Assembly: GCA_038210445.1 (NCBI GenBank)
Contig: JBBQWQ010000078.1
Span: 59 to 32,058, forward strand
Length of the DNA stretch: 32,000 bases
Direction of reading: 5' to 3'
DNA from: Polyangiales bacterium
Lineage (GTDB): Bacteria > Myxococcota_A > Polyangia > Polyangiales > Polyangiaceae
Positions 18,297 to 25,267 of the stretch are shown in pieces. The notes under the pieces are model-generated. The model did not search any database. It worked only from the letters and a program-made list of their open reading frames with translations, and was not told the DNA's origin. The stretch's first letter is position 1. Each line of letters opens with the position of its first letter. The position numbers and the translations under genes were made by a program.

Positions 18297-19493
18297 ATGA
18301 CCGCAACCCCCAGCGCCGCCGTGGCCTCTCCTGCGCCTCCGAAGAAGCGCCTGCACCGCCGTAGCTATCGCTGGATGGTCTGGCTCGTGGCCATCGCCGC
18401 GCTCGTGGCCGGTGGGTGGCGCTACTTGCGCGCGCGGGGCGACGCGCCCGTGGCGGTGCAAACCACCGCGGTGCAACAGGGCGCGGTTCGCGACTTCGTG
18501 ACGAGCGTGGCCGCCGGCCGGGTGGCGGCCAAGCAAGAGGCCACCGTGCGCGCGGAGATCGCCGGCACCGTGCGCGTCGTGCATCGGCATCGGGGCGATA
18601 CCGTCCGCGCCGGCGAGCCGCTCCTCGAGTATGGAGCGGTCGAGCTCACGGAACGGCTGCGCCTCGCCACTACGGCAGTGGTCATGGCCCAAGCGCAGGT
18701 GAAGCAAGCGGAGCAGAACGCGGCGGTCACCGAGACCCAACTCGCGCGCGCACGTCGGCTCCTCGAATCGAAGGCCATCGCGAGCGCCGAGGTGGAGACG
18801 CTCGAAGGGCAAAGCTTGGTGATGCTGCGCGCCACCGAGGCCGCGCGGGCGGCGGTGAAGCAGGCCCAAGCCAACGTGGAAATCGCCCGGACCGCGGCCG
18901 GAAAGTCCGTGGTACGCGCGCCCTTCGGGGGCACGGTGCTGGACGTCAAGATCGAAGTGGGCGAGGCCACCACGCCGGGGACGCCCGTGGTGCTGCTCGC
19001 CGACGCATCGGCGCTCCACGTCGATGCCGAGGTGGACGAAGCAGACCTCGCCCGCATCAAGGAAGGCATGGCAGCAGACGTGACGTTCGACGCCCTCCCC
19101 GGCGAGAGAATCCGCGGAAAGGTGGCCACCATCGCGCCCAGCGTTGCTCGCGACGCGCGCGGCGGAAGGAGCATCGCAGTCGACGTAGAGCTCCCCCTCG
19201 ATGCGCGGCTTCGCGTGGGCATGAGCGCCGACGTGGACATCGTCGTGGCGGTGCACGAAGCCGCGCTATGGGTGCCGCCCAACGCGGTGGTCGGTCGCGG
19301 CACCGATCGTTCCGTCTACGTGGTCCAGGGAGGTATCGCCAAGAGACGCGCCATCGAGGTGGGAATCTCGACGTGGGAAGCAGTGGAAATCATATCGGGT
19401 GTGAGTGCGGGCGACGCGGTGGTGGTGACGCTGTCCGCCGCCAAGCTGGGCGACGGCGTGAAGGTGCAGGTCGTCGCCGGAGCACCCAAGTGA
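18297..19493 (+). CDS. efflux transporter periplasmic adaptor subunit (HlyD/MacA-like)
   Basis: N-terminal TM anchor WMVWLVAIAALVAGGW, a lipoyl-like EIAGTVRVVH...GDTVRAGEPLLE segment, a coiled-coil segment, then beta-barrel/MP domains. Confidence 0.85.
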   Translation: MTATPSAAVASPAPPKKRLHRRSYRWMVWLVAIAALVAGGWRYLRARGDAPVAVQTTAVQQGAVRDFVTSVAAGRVAAKQEATVRAEIAGTVRVVHRHRGDTVRAGEPLLEYGAVELTERLRLATTAVVMAQAQVKQAEQNAAVTETQLARARRLLESKAIASAEVETLEGQSLVMLRATEAARAAVKQAQANVEIARTAAGKSVVRAPFGGTVLDVKIEVGEATTPGTPVVLLADASALHVDAEVDEADLARIKEGMAADVTFDALPGERIRGKVATIAPSVARDARGGRSIAVDVELPLDARLRVGMSADVDIVVAVHEAALWVPPNAVVGRGTDRSVYVVQGGIAKRRAIEVGISTWEAVEIISGVSAGDAVVVTLSAAKLGDGVKVQVVAGAPK

Positions 19494-20224
19494 GCGCCCC
19501 GGCAACAGCGCGGCAGCGCGAGCCGCTCATCGAAGTCCGCGACGTGGTGCGGGAGTTCGTGGTGGGCGAGGCGCCGCTGCAGGTATTGAAGGGCATTCGT
19601 TTCGACATTGCTCGCGGCGAATTCGTGTCGATCATCGGGCCTTCCGGCTCCGGCAAGAGCACGCTCATGTACCAGCTCGGGTGCCTCGATACGCCCACTT
19701 CGGGAACGGTGCGGCTGGCCGGAAACGACGTCGGCGAGCTGAGCGACCGCGACCTCGCGGCGCTCCGCAATCGCTTCATCGGGTTCGTATTTCAGTCGTT
19801 CAACTTGCTGCCACGCACGACCGCCGTGGACAACGTGGCATTGCCGCTGCGCTATGCAAACGTGGGCTTCTCGGAACGCCGACGGCGGGCGCGCCAGGCT
19901 CTGGAGAGGGTTGGGCTGACCTCGCGCGCCGAGCACACGCCGGAGCGCCTGAGCGGAGGCGAGCGGCAGCGGGTAGCCATCGCCCGCGCCATTGTCACGG
20001 CGCCCGAGCTGCTCCTTTGCGACGAGCCCACCGGGAACCTGGACCAAAAGGTTGGCCGCGAGATCATTGACCTCTTCCAGGGCCTGAATCAGGAGACCGG
20101 CACCACCGTGGTGATCGTCACCCACGACATGAGCATCGCGCGACGCAGTCCGCGGGTCATCCGCGTGGTCGACGGCCTCTTGGAGTACGACGGCCCACCC
20201 CACGACAGCCACCTCGAGACCTGA
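19490..20224 (+). CDS. ABC transporter ATP-binding protein (MacB/LolD-type)
   Basis: Walker [11 protein letters not shown]-loop, signature [14 protein letters not shown], Walker [14 protein letters not shown]-loop VTHD. The GTG start overlaps the adaptor stop (GTGA). Confidence 0.9.
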   Translation: MSAPATARQREPLIEVRDVVREFVVGEAPLQVLKGIRFDIARGEFVSIIGPSGSGKSTLMYQLGCLDTPTSGTVRLAGNDVGELSDRDLAALRNRFIGFVFQSFNLLPRTTAVDNVALPLRYANVGFSERRRRARQALERVGLTSRAEHTPERLSGGERQRVAIARAIVTAPELLLCDEPTGNLDQKVGREIIDLFQGLNQETGTTVVIVTHDMSIARRSPRVIRVVDGLLEYDGPPHDSHLET

Positions 20225-20229
20225 CCGCC

Positions 20230-21432
20230 GTGCTCGACCACCTTCTCTCCGCGATCACGGCTCTCAACGCCAACAAGATTCGCTCGTTTCTAACCACGCT
20301 GGGCGTGGTCATCGGCGTCCTGGCGGTGACGCTGCTGGTGAGCATCGGCGACGGCACCCGCGCGTACCTGGACGACACGCTCACGTCCATCGGCACCAAC
20401 CTGCTCACGGTACAGCCGGGTCGCCGAGAGACGCGAGGCGGATTCGGCCCGCCGGCCGGGAACGCGCAGAAGCCACTCACGCTGGACGATGTCGCGGCGC
20501 TCGAGCGCCAGGGAACGCTCCTCCGCGGCGTCACCGGCACCATCTCGGGAGCGGGCGCGGTTCGCTACGCGGGCCGCGAGCGCAACACGCTGGTCTTCGG
20601 CGTCGGACCAGCATTCCCCGATCTGCGCAACATGCACGTGGGGGTCGGCACCTTCATTCGCGAGGAGGACGTCACCTCCCGGCGCAGAGTGGTCGTGCTC
20701 GGGCGCACCGTGGTGCGTGAGCTCTTCGGCGACGAGAACCCCCTCGGCAAGCCCATCCGCGTCGCCGACGGACGCTTCCGTGTGGTGGGGGTCATGGAGG
20801 CTCATGGCTCTTCGTTCGGCTTCGATATGGACGACCTGGTCCTCATTCCGGTGAGCTCCGCAACCGACCTCTTCGGCCAGGAGCACATCGCCCAGATCAT
20901 CACCGCTGCACGCAACAAGGAGGACGTGGGCAAAGCGGCAGCGGAGATCGAGGCGATCCTGTCGCGTCGACGCCACGGCGACGTCGACTTCACGGTGCAG
21001 AGCCAGGACGATCTGATGAGCGCCTTCAGCACCCTCACATCTGCGATGACCTGGGCGCTTCTGGCCATCGCGTCCATCTCGCTGGTGGTCGGCGGCATCG
21101 GGATCATGAACATCATGCTGGTGAGCGTCCGCGAGCGAACCCGCGAGATCGGCCTGCGCCGGGCCATCGGGGCGACGCGCAGCGACATTCTCTGGCAGTT
21201 TCTCATCGAAGCGGTGGTCCTGGCGGCCATGGGCGGACTCCTGGGACTCGGCCTCGGATACTGCATCATCGAGGTCGTGCACCGGACGGCTCCGGCTGTG
21301 CCATTGCGCTTCTCCGCGTGGATCGCCATGGTGGCCTTCGGGGCTTCATTCGCCGTCGGCGTCGCTTCCGGGGTGGTACCCGCACGGCGAGCGGCGCTGC
21401 TCGACCCGGTGGATGCGCTACGCTACGAATGA
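20230..21432 (+). CDS. ABC transporter permease, MacB-like (FtsX domain)
   Basis: 400 aa. N-terminal TM (KIRSFLTTLGVVIGVLAV), a large periplasmic domain, and a C-terminal FtsX-type 3-TM bundle with VRERTREIGLRRAIGA. Confidence 0.9.
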   Translation: MLDHLLSAITALNANKIRSFLTTLGVVIGVLAVTLLVSIGDGTRAYLDDTLTSIGTNLLTVQPGRRETRGGFGPPAGNAQKPLTLDDVAALERQGTLLRGVTGTISGAGAVRYAGRERNTLVFGVGPAFPDLRNMHVGVGTFIREEDVTSRRRVVVLGRTVVRELFGDENPLGKPIRVADGRFRVVGVMEAHGSSFGFDMDDLVLIPVSSATDLFGQEHIAQIITAARNKEDVGKAAAEIEAILSRRRHGDVDFTVQSQDDLMSAFSTLTSAMTWALLAIASISLVVGGIGIMNIMLVSVRERTREIGLRRAIGATRSDILWQFLIEAVVLAAMGGLLGLGLGYCIIEVVHRTAPAVPLRFSAWIAMVAFGASFAVGVASGVVPARRAALLDPVDALRYE

Positions 21433-21463
21433 GTGAAACTCGATGCCACGCGGGGGAAAAGAC

Positions 21464-21480
21464 GCGCGCCAGCGGCGCGC
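21464..21480. terminator. GC hairpin GCGCGCC-AGC-GGCGCGC, possible bidirectional terminator
   Basis: 7-bp perfect stem located 32 nt after the permease stop. It is flanked by AAAAG on the plus strand and by a T-rich GTCTTTTCCCCC on the minus strand. Confidence 0.4.
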
Positions 21481-21663
21481 AAAAGTAGGTGGCCCTGTTT
21501 ATGCCGTCTGGGCCGAAGCGCGCACACGCGACGTGCGCCCGGCTCGGTGGTGGGAGCAGGTCCCGCACCAAAGGCGCACGCGCGCGCGAAGCGCTCAAGA
21601 CGTGCTGCCATCGCGCAACGCCGCGAGGCAGCGGTGGTATCGGAGCAAGGCGCAACTCACGCC

Positions 21664-22212
21664 TCACGCGACCTGGACCCGTTCATCGTCCGCCGCCCGC
21701 CCTTCGGTCGCGCAGTAGTCGCGCCAGACCGGCGGAATTTCCCGTACGGATTGGATGATCGGAACCAGCGGCAGGGTCTGGGGCTTGAAGGGCTTTCGAA
21801 CCAGCTTCATCCCCGCCTCCTCCGGCGTACGGCTCCCCTTTCGATCGTTGCACGGATAGCAAGAGGTCGAGATGTTCTCCCACACCGTCTTTCCGCCGCG
21901 AAGGCGGGGCACGACGTGATCGTAGTTCAGCTCGCTCATGCTCTTCCGCACGCCGCAGTACTGGCAGCGGAAGCCGTCGCGCGTGAACACATTCATGCGC
22001 GAGAAACGCACCTTGTGCTTCTTCGCCACGCCTCCTCGGGTCAGGCGCACCACGGCCGGCATCTTGATGGTGACGGACGGTGCGACAATGGCATCTTCGT
22101 ACTCCTCGAGCACTTGCACCTTGCCGAGAAAGGCCAGGGTTACGGCGCGTTGCCAGGAGATGACGCGGTGCGGAGACATCCACGGAGTAAGCAACAAGGT
22201 ACGTGTGGACAT
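21664..22212 (-). CDS. HNH endonuclease
   Basis: 182 aa from MSTRTLLLTPW. HNH core CQYCG...LNYDHVVPRLRGGKTVWENISTSCYPCNDRKG. The ATG at 22212 is preceded by AGAGAGG inside a long polypurine leader. Confidence 0.85.
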   Translation of the reverse strand: MSTRTLLLTPWMSPHRVISWQRAVTLAFLGKVQVLEEYEDAIVAPSVTIKMPAVVRLTRGGVAKKHKVRFSRMNVFTRDGFRCQYCGVRKSMSELNYDHVVPRLRGGKTVWENISTSCYPCNDRKGSRTPEEAGMKLVRKPFKPQTLPLVPIIQSVREIPPVWRDYCATEGRAADDERVQVA

Positions 22213-22325
22213 GGCTTTACCTCTTTCTCTTCTTTCTCTTTCTTTCCATGACAGTTCCTCTTCCTTTCGAACAAGATGACTCGAGCTCGCGAGTCCGAAC
22301 CGGACCACGCACGCGTATCTGCCGG

Positions 22326-22398
22326 TGGGTCATCTGCGAATCGAACGCAGTGCAGGCTCCGTATCAGAGAGCCCAGGGTAACCAACCCGTCATGACCC
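22326..22398 (-). tRNA. tRNA-Ile (anticodon GAU)
   Basis: Minus strand: GGGTCAT GA CGGG-TTGGTTAC-CCTG G GCTCT-CTGATAC-GGAGC CTGCA CTGCG-TTCGATT-CGCAG ATGACCC A. 7-bp acceptor and canonical T-loop. G8 replaces U8. No encoded CCA. Confidence 0.75.
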
Positions 22399-22544
22399 AG
22401 GCGCACATGAGCTCGCCATTCCGCAAATGAAGCGATGCCAAGGGCCGCCGAGAGAGCCTGCTCTACCGTTGAGCTACGCGCCTTCAAGCAGGCGCGACGG
22501 GACTCGAACCCGCAACAATGTACTCCCAGCTTCATGCATCGCAG
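22399..22544 (-). ncRNA. YrlA-like Y RNA candidate 1 (circularly permuted tRNA-like module)
   Basis: Minus strand: ...ATGAAGC TGGGAGTACATTGTT GCGGG-TTCGAGT-CCCGT CGCGCCT GCTTGA AGGCGCG TA GCTC-AACGGTA-GAGC A GGCTC...GCTTCAT... A canonical T arm is followed by the 3' acceptor strand, a 6-nt cap, the 5' acceptor strand (7 bp perfect), U8 A9 and a canonical D arm. The distal ATGAAGC/GCTTCAT 7-bp helix joins the 5' and 3' parts. It lies same-strand, downstream of rsr, between tRNA-Pro and tRNA-Ile. Exact ends are unknown. Confidence 0.6.
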
Positions 22545-22617
22545 TCTGAACGCCGAGATTCGAACTCGGATCGACTGGTCCCGAACCAGTCACTCTACCA
22601 GGTTGAGCTACATCCAG
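22545..22617 (-). tRNA. tRNA-Pro (anticodon CGG)
   Basis: CTGGATG TA GCTC-AACCTGGTA-GAGT G ACTGG-TTCGGGA-CCAGT CGAT CCGAG-TTCGAAT-CTCGG CGTTCAG A. C1-G72, G37 and A73 as in bacterial tRNA-Pro. Two G:U pairs in the acceptor. Confidence 0.85.
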
Positions 22618-22706
22618 AAGGAAGAGAGGCAGCAAAAGGAGCGAAGACCGTGTGCCTTGCGGCACCGAGTACGAGTCGGTGTAGTCCTCGCGAGCATCTG
22701 CCTCAG
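22618..22706 (-). ncRNA. structured 89-nt spacer, possible small RNA (not tRNA-shaped)
   Basis: Outer helix GAGGCAG (22704-22698) / CTGCCTC (22632-22626). Second helix GCGAGGAC / GTCTTCGC (8 bp, one G:U). Two inner hairpins: CCGA-CTCGTAC-TCGG and TGCC-GCAA-GGCA (GNRA loop). Confidence 0.3.
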
Positions 22707-22779
22707 AGCCGCCTGCGGGAGTTGCACCCGCGGATCCCTCGTTACGAGTGAGGGCGCTCCGCTCCAGAGCGAAGGCGGC
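22707..22779 (-). tRNA. tRNA-like, Thr (anticodon CGU), non-canonical
   Basis: GCCGCCT TC GCTC-TGGAGCG-GAGC G CCCTC A-CTCGTAA-C GAGGG ATCC GCGGG-TGCAACT-CCCGC AGGCGGC T. Perfect acceptor, but an A31:C39 mismatch (or a 9-nt loop) and a T-loop with G55. Confidence 0.55.
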
Positions 22780-22871
22780 GTAGTTGACCGTCAAGAGTCG
22801 GGGAGACACGAAACCGCCTGGCCTGCTTCGCGAGCAGGTTCGGTCGTCCGAGATTCGAGCTCGAGGGTCAG
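22780..22871 (-). ncRNA. possible third permuted tRNA-like element (weak)
   Basis: TCGAG-CTCGAAT-CTCGG (T-arm-like), ACGACCG, an inserted hairpin CCTGCT-CGCGA-AGCAGG, then CGGT(TT)CGT, which can pair back to ACGACCG. A short closing helix TGACC/GGTCA joins the ends. There is no room for a normal cloverleaf. Confidence 0.25.
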
Positions 22872-22942
22872 AGCGACAACCGGGAATCGCACCCGGATCC
22901 CGAGAGTGGCGCTCTCGAATTCTACTGTTGAACCATTGTCGC
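22872..22942 (-). tRNA. tRNA-like, Gly (anticodon GCC), non-canonical
   Basis: GCGACAA TG GTTC-AACAGTA-GAAT T CGAGA-GCGCCAC-TCTCG GGAT CCGGG-TGCGATT-CCCGG TTGTCGC T. Acceptor and anticodon stems are perfect and U73 fits Gly. C33 replaces U33, the D-loop lacks GG, and the T-loop has G55. Confidence 0.6.
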
Positions 22943-22973
22943 AATCACACAGCGCGGCGAGGGCGCCGCACAG

Positions 22974-23046
22974 AGCCACCGCCGAGACTTGCACTCGGCG
23001 TTTCCTCCGTACCGGGGAGGCGCCCCGCTCTCTGGGCTTCGGTGGC
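22974..23046 (-). tRNA. tRNA-like, Thr (anticodon GGU), non-canonical
   Basis: GCCACCG AA GCCC-AGAGAGCG-GGGC G CCTCC-CCGGTAC-GGAGG AAACG CCGAG-TGCAAGT-CTCGG CGGTGGC T. All four stems are perfect. A8, C33, a D-loop without GG, and a T-loop with G55. Confidence 0.55.
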
Positions 23047-23121
23047 AAGAACGTGCGCTCGGCAGCAAGGGGTTACGGAGACTTCGTTTTGTGAGTGTAG
23101 TCCCCGCAGCATCTGCCGCGG

Positions 23122-23202
23122 TGGGTAGCCCCGGAGTCGCACCGGGTGTGGTGAACCAAGCGTGTTACAAGCGCCCTCCGCTCTCTACGGAAATAGCTAC
23201 CC
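23122..23202 (-). tRNA. tRNA-like, Tyr (anticodon GUA), class II with long variable arm, non-canonical
   Basis: GGGTAGC TA TTTCCGTAGAGAGCGGAG GGCGC-TTGTAAC-ACGCT TGGTTCACCACA CCCGG-TGCGACT-CCGGG GCTACCC A. 7-bp acceptor, A73, and a 12-nt variable arm (TGG-TTCA-CCA) as in bacterial tRNA-Tyr. C31:A39 mismatch, D-loop without GG, G55. Confidence 0.55.
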
Positions 23203-23294
23203 GAGAAGCTCGGCGACGCGTCCGCTGGGGCGCGCCGCCGAGGAAGGAGGCGACTGCCATTGGCAGCCGGTTCGTTCGCGCGAGGGCAAACCCC

Positions 23295-24875
23295 TCACGC
23301 GAGACAGATGCTCTGGATGGTGGATACCCAGTGCGCCGCGTCGAGCTCACCCCGCACGAACTGCGCGATGAGGTCGAACACGGCGTCGGAGAAGCCACCG
23401 ACGTTGAGCACGTCGCTCCGCTCGTACATCTGCGTGCTCGCCGAAGGCTGCAAGTCGATGAGCACGAGCTTTGCGTTGGGGTTGCGCGCGCGGAAGATCT
23501 CCCACTCGTCGGCCATGGCGGTGGCGCGGCCTGCGCCCGGCCCGCGGAAGTCCACCCAGGACTGATTGTCCGAGATGTAAACCACGAGATCGCCCTGGAC
23601 CTTGCGCCGGTTCATCGCCCGAAGGGGCGCGCTGCAGGCGGTGCCTCCGCTGGGGAGGCTCGCCAGCCGCTCGGCGTTGGTCATAACCGAATCCATGGGG
23701 TTGAGCGGATGCGCCATGGTCACCACGTCGTCGCTGAAGGGGATGACCTCCGCCGACGCGTTGCGCCGGAGGCAGGTCGCCGATACGAGCGCGGCGACGT
23801 CGATGCAGCGGGCTGCGGAGGTGGCGCCCTTGCGGAAGCCGGTCACCGCGCTGTGCATCGAGCCGGAGACGTCTGGCGCGAGGTACACCTTGCCCACCAC
23901 CACGGGCACGTTCTCGATAGCGATTTCCATCGCCTCCTGGACGGCCCGGGTGATCTCCGGCGGCATCTCGGCGCTCGCCGCCCGGAAGGTGGCCATGAGC
24001 TGGTACGGGAAGACCCGTGCCCGCCGTACCGCTCCCGGATCCCGCAGCTTGCTCGCGACCAGCGCGACCAGGCTGGGGTCGGCGAAGACCCCGTGACGGA
24101 GCAGCGTGTTGAGGTTCATCCGGAGCTGGGTGAACGTCATTCGCTCGGCGAGGGTGGCCCACTGCCGGGTGTCGAGGCCGCAGGCGGTGAGCATCTCGAA
24201 GGGCACGTCGGGGAGCTCCCCCTCGCCCTTCTTGAACGCCTCGAACGCCCGCACCGTCGCCGGGAGCACTTCGGCACGGACGTCCTTCCCGATGAGGTAG
24301 CCGTAGAGGGCCTCCCGAACGACGTCGACCTCGCCGGACGCTGCCTTGGGAGAAGGACGCACCATCTTGATGACGTCCTTCATCGAGGGAGCGTTGCCCA
24401 GCGACTGCCGAAAGATGGTCTCCGGCGATCGCCCCGCGAACCAGGCCCGAAGCAAGCGCTTCGGCGCCGATCCGAAGGACTTTCGCCCCACCGCACCGGA
24501 ACGCACGATCTGAACGAAGTTCCGGAGCATCTTGCCGTTGTCTACGACCCGCGCAAACACCCGCGCGAGCATGTGGACGTCGCGCGCCGCGAGGACCGCC
24601 AGCAAGAAAGCGGGCATGTCCTTCATGAGCGCGCGCTCCCGCGCGAACACGGCAGTCTTGGCCACGAAGGCCGGGTCTGCCTGGCTCGCAAGGGTGATGA
24701 CGCGGGAGAGCTGGTCGCCCTCCGAGGCGTAGAACGTGCGGCCGAACGTGCCGGTCGCGGCGTACTGCGCCAGCGCGTGCTCCGGCGAGGACGCGTATGC
24801 GCGGCCTCCGGCCTGGTTGTTGGTATTCGCCGCCATCGCCTTGGATGCCGGCGCGAAAACAGTCTTGCTTGCCAT
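23295..24875 (-). CDS. rsr: Ro60-related protein Rsr (TROVE domain plus vWA/MIDAS)
   Basis: 526 aa from MASKTVFAPASK. The ATG at 24875 is preceded by AAGGAGGA. N-terminal TNNQAGGRAY and helical-repeat TROVE region. C-terminal vWA domain with MIDAS DVSGSM...SDN. The upstream 33 codons of ORF 23295..24974 overlap a tRNA-like gene and were not used. Confidence 0.9.
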   Translation of the reverse strand: MASKTVFAPASKAMAANTNNQAGGRAYASSPEHALAQYAATGTFGRTFYASEGDQLSRVITLASQADPAFVAKTAVFARERALMKDMPAFLLAVLAARDVHMLARVFARVVDNGKMLRNFVQIVRSGAVGRKSFGSAPKRLLRAWFAGRSPETIFRQSLGNAPSMKDVIKMVRPSPKAASGEVDVVREALYGYLIGKDVRAEVLPATVRAFEAFKKGEGELPDVPFEMLTACGLDTRQWATLAERMTFTQLRMNLNTLLRHGVFADPSLVALVASKLRDPGAVRRARVFPYQLMATFRAASAEMPPEITRAVQEAMEIAIENVPVVVGKVYLAPDVSGSMHSAVTGFRKGATSAARCIDVAALVSATCLRRNASAEVIPFSDDVVTMAHPLNPMDSVMTNAERLASLPSGGTACSAPLRAMNRRKVQGDLVVYISDNQSWVDFRGPGAGRATAMADEWEIFRARNPNAKLVLIDLQPSASTQMYERSDVLNVGGFSDAVFDLIAQFVRGELDAAHWVSTIQSICLA

Positions 24876-24915
24876 GATGCGTCCTCCTTTCCGTAGTTTC
24901 TTCATGTGAAGTGGG

Positions 24916-24986
24916 TCTTCCTGCCGCGATTCGAACGCGGACAACGAGCTTCGGAGGCTCGTGCTCGGATCCACCGAGACAAGAAG
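24916..24986 (-). tRNA. tRNA-like, Arg (anticodon CCG), irregular D/anticodon arms
   Basis: CTTCTTG T CTCGG-TGGAT-CCGAG CA CGAGC-CTCCGAA-GCTCG TTGT CCGCG-TTCGAAT-CGCGG CAGGAAG A. Canonical T arm and a 7-bp acceptor (one G:U). The D arm is a 5-bp stem with a 5-nt loop and the variable region is short. Confidence 0.55.
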
Positions 24987-24998
24987 CCGTGAACGTAG

Positions 24999-25067
24999 AG
25001 AGCCGAGAGGGAATCAAACCCTCCTGCGCAGGGTTGCAATCTGCGCGCCTCATCAGAGAATCGGCTC
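24999..25067 (-). tRNA. tRNA-like, Cys (anticodon GCA), shortened D arm
   Basis: GAGCCGA TT CTC-TGAT-GAG G CGC GCAGA-TTGCAAC-CCTGC GCAG GAGGG-TTTGATT-CCCTC TCGGCTC T. Perfect acceptor, and U73 is the Cys discriminator. 3-bp D stem with a 4-nt loop, A31:C39 mismatch, T-loop with U56. 69 nt. Confidence 0.45.
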
Positions 25068-25086
25068 GATGCGTCGAGCGACGCAG

Positions 25087-25157
25087 AGCGGGCAGCGAGA
25101 ATCGAACTCGCATCAACGGGGTGGAAGCCCGTGGCCCGACCATTGGACCATACCCGC
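25087..25157 (-). tRNA. tRNA-Gly (anticodon UCC)
   Basis: GCGGGTA TG GTCC-AATGGTC-GGGC C ACGGG-CTTCCAC-CCCGT TGAT GCGAG-TTCGATT-CTCGC TGCCCGC T. Canonical cloverleaf with U73. Confidence 0.9.
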
Positions 25158-25186
25158 GAAGAACCGCGCGCCGCGAAGCGCGCAGG

Positions 25187-25257
25187 TGGAGCCGGCGAGA
25201 CTCGAACTCGCATCGCCCGGGTGCAAGCCGGGAACTCTGCCGTTGAGATACGGCCCC
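25187..25257 (-). tRNA. tRNA-Ala (anticodon UGC)
   Basis: GGGGCCG TA TCTC-AACGGCA-GAGT T CCCGG-CTTGCAC-CCGGG CGAT GCGAG-TTCGAGT-CTCGC CGGCTCC A. The G3:U70 identity pair and A73 are present. Confidence 0.9.
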
Positions 25258-25267
25258 AGGAAATCCG

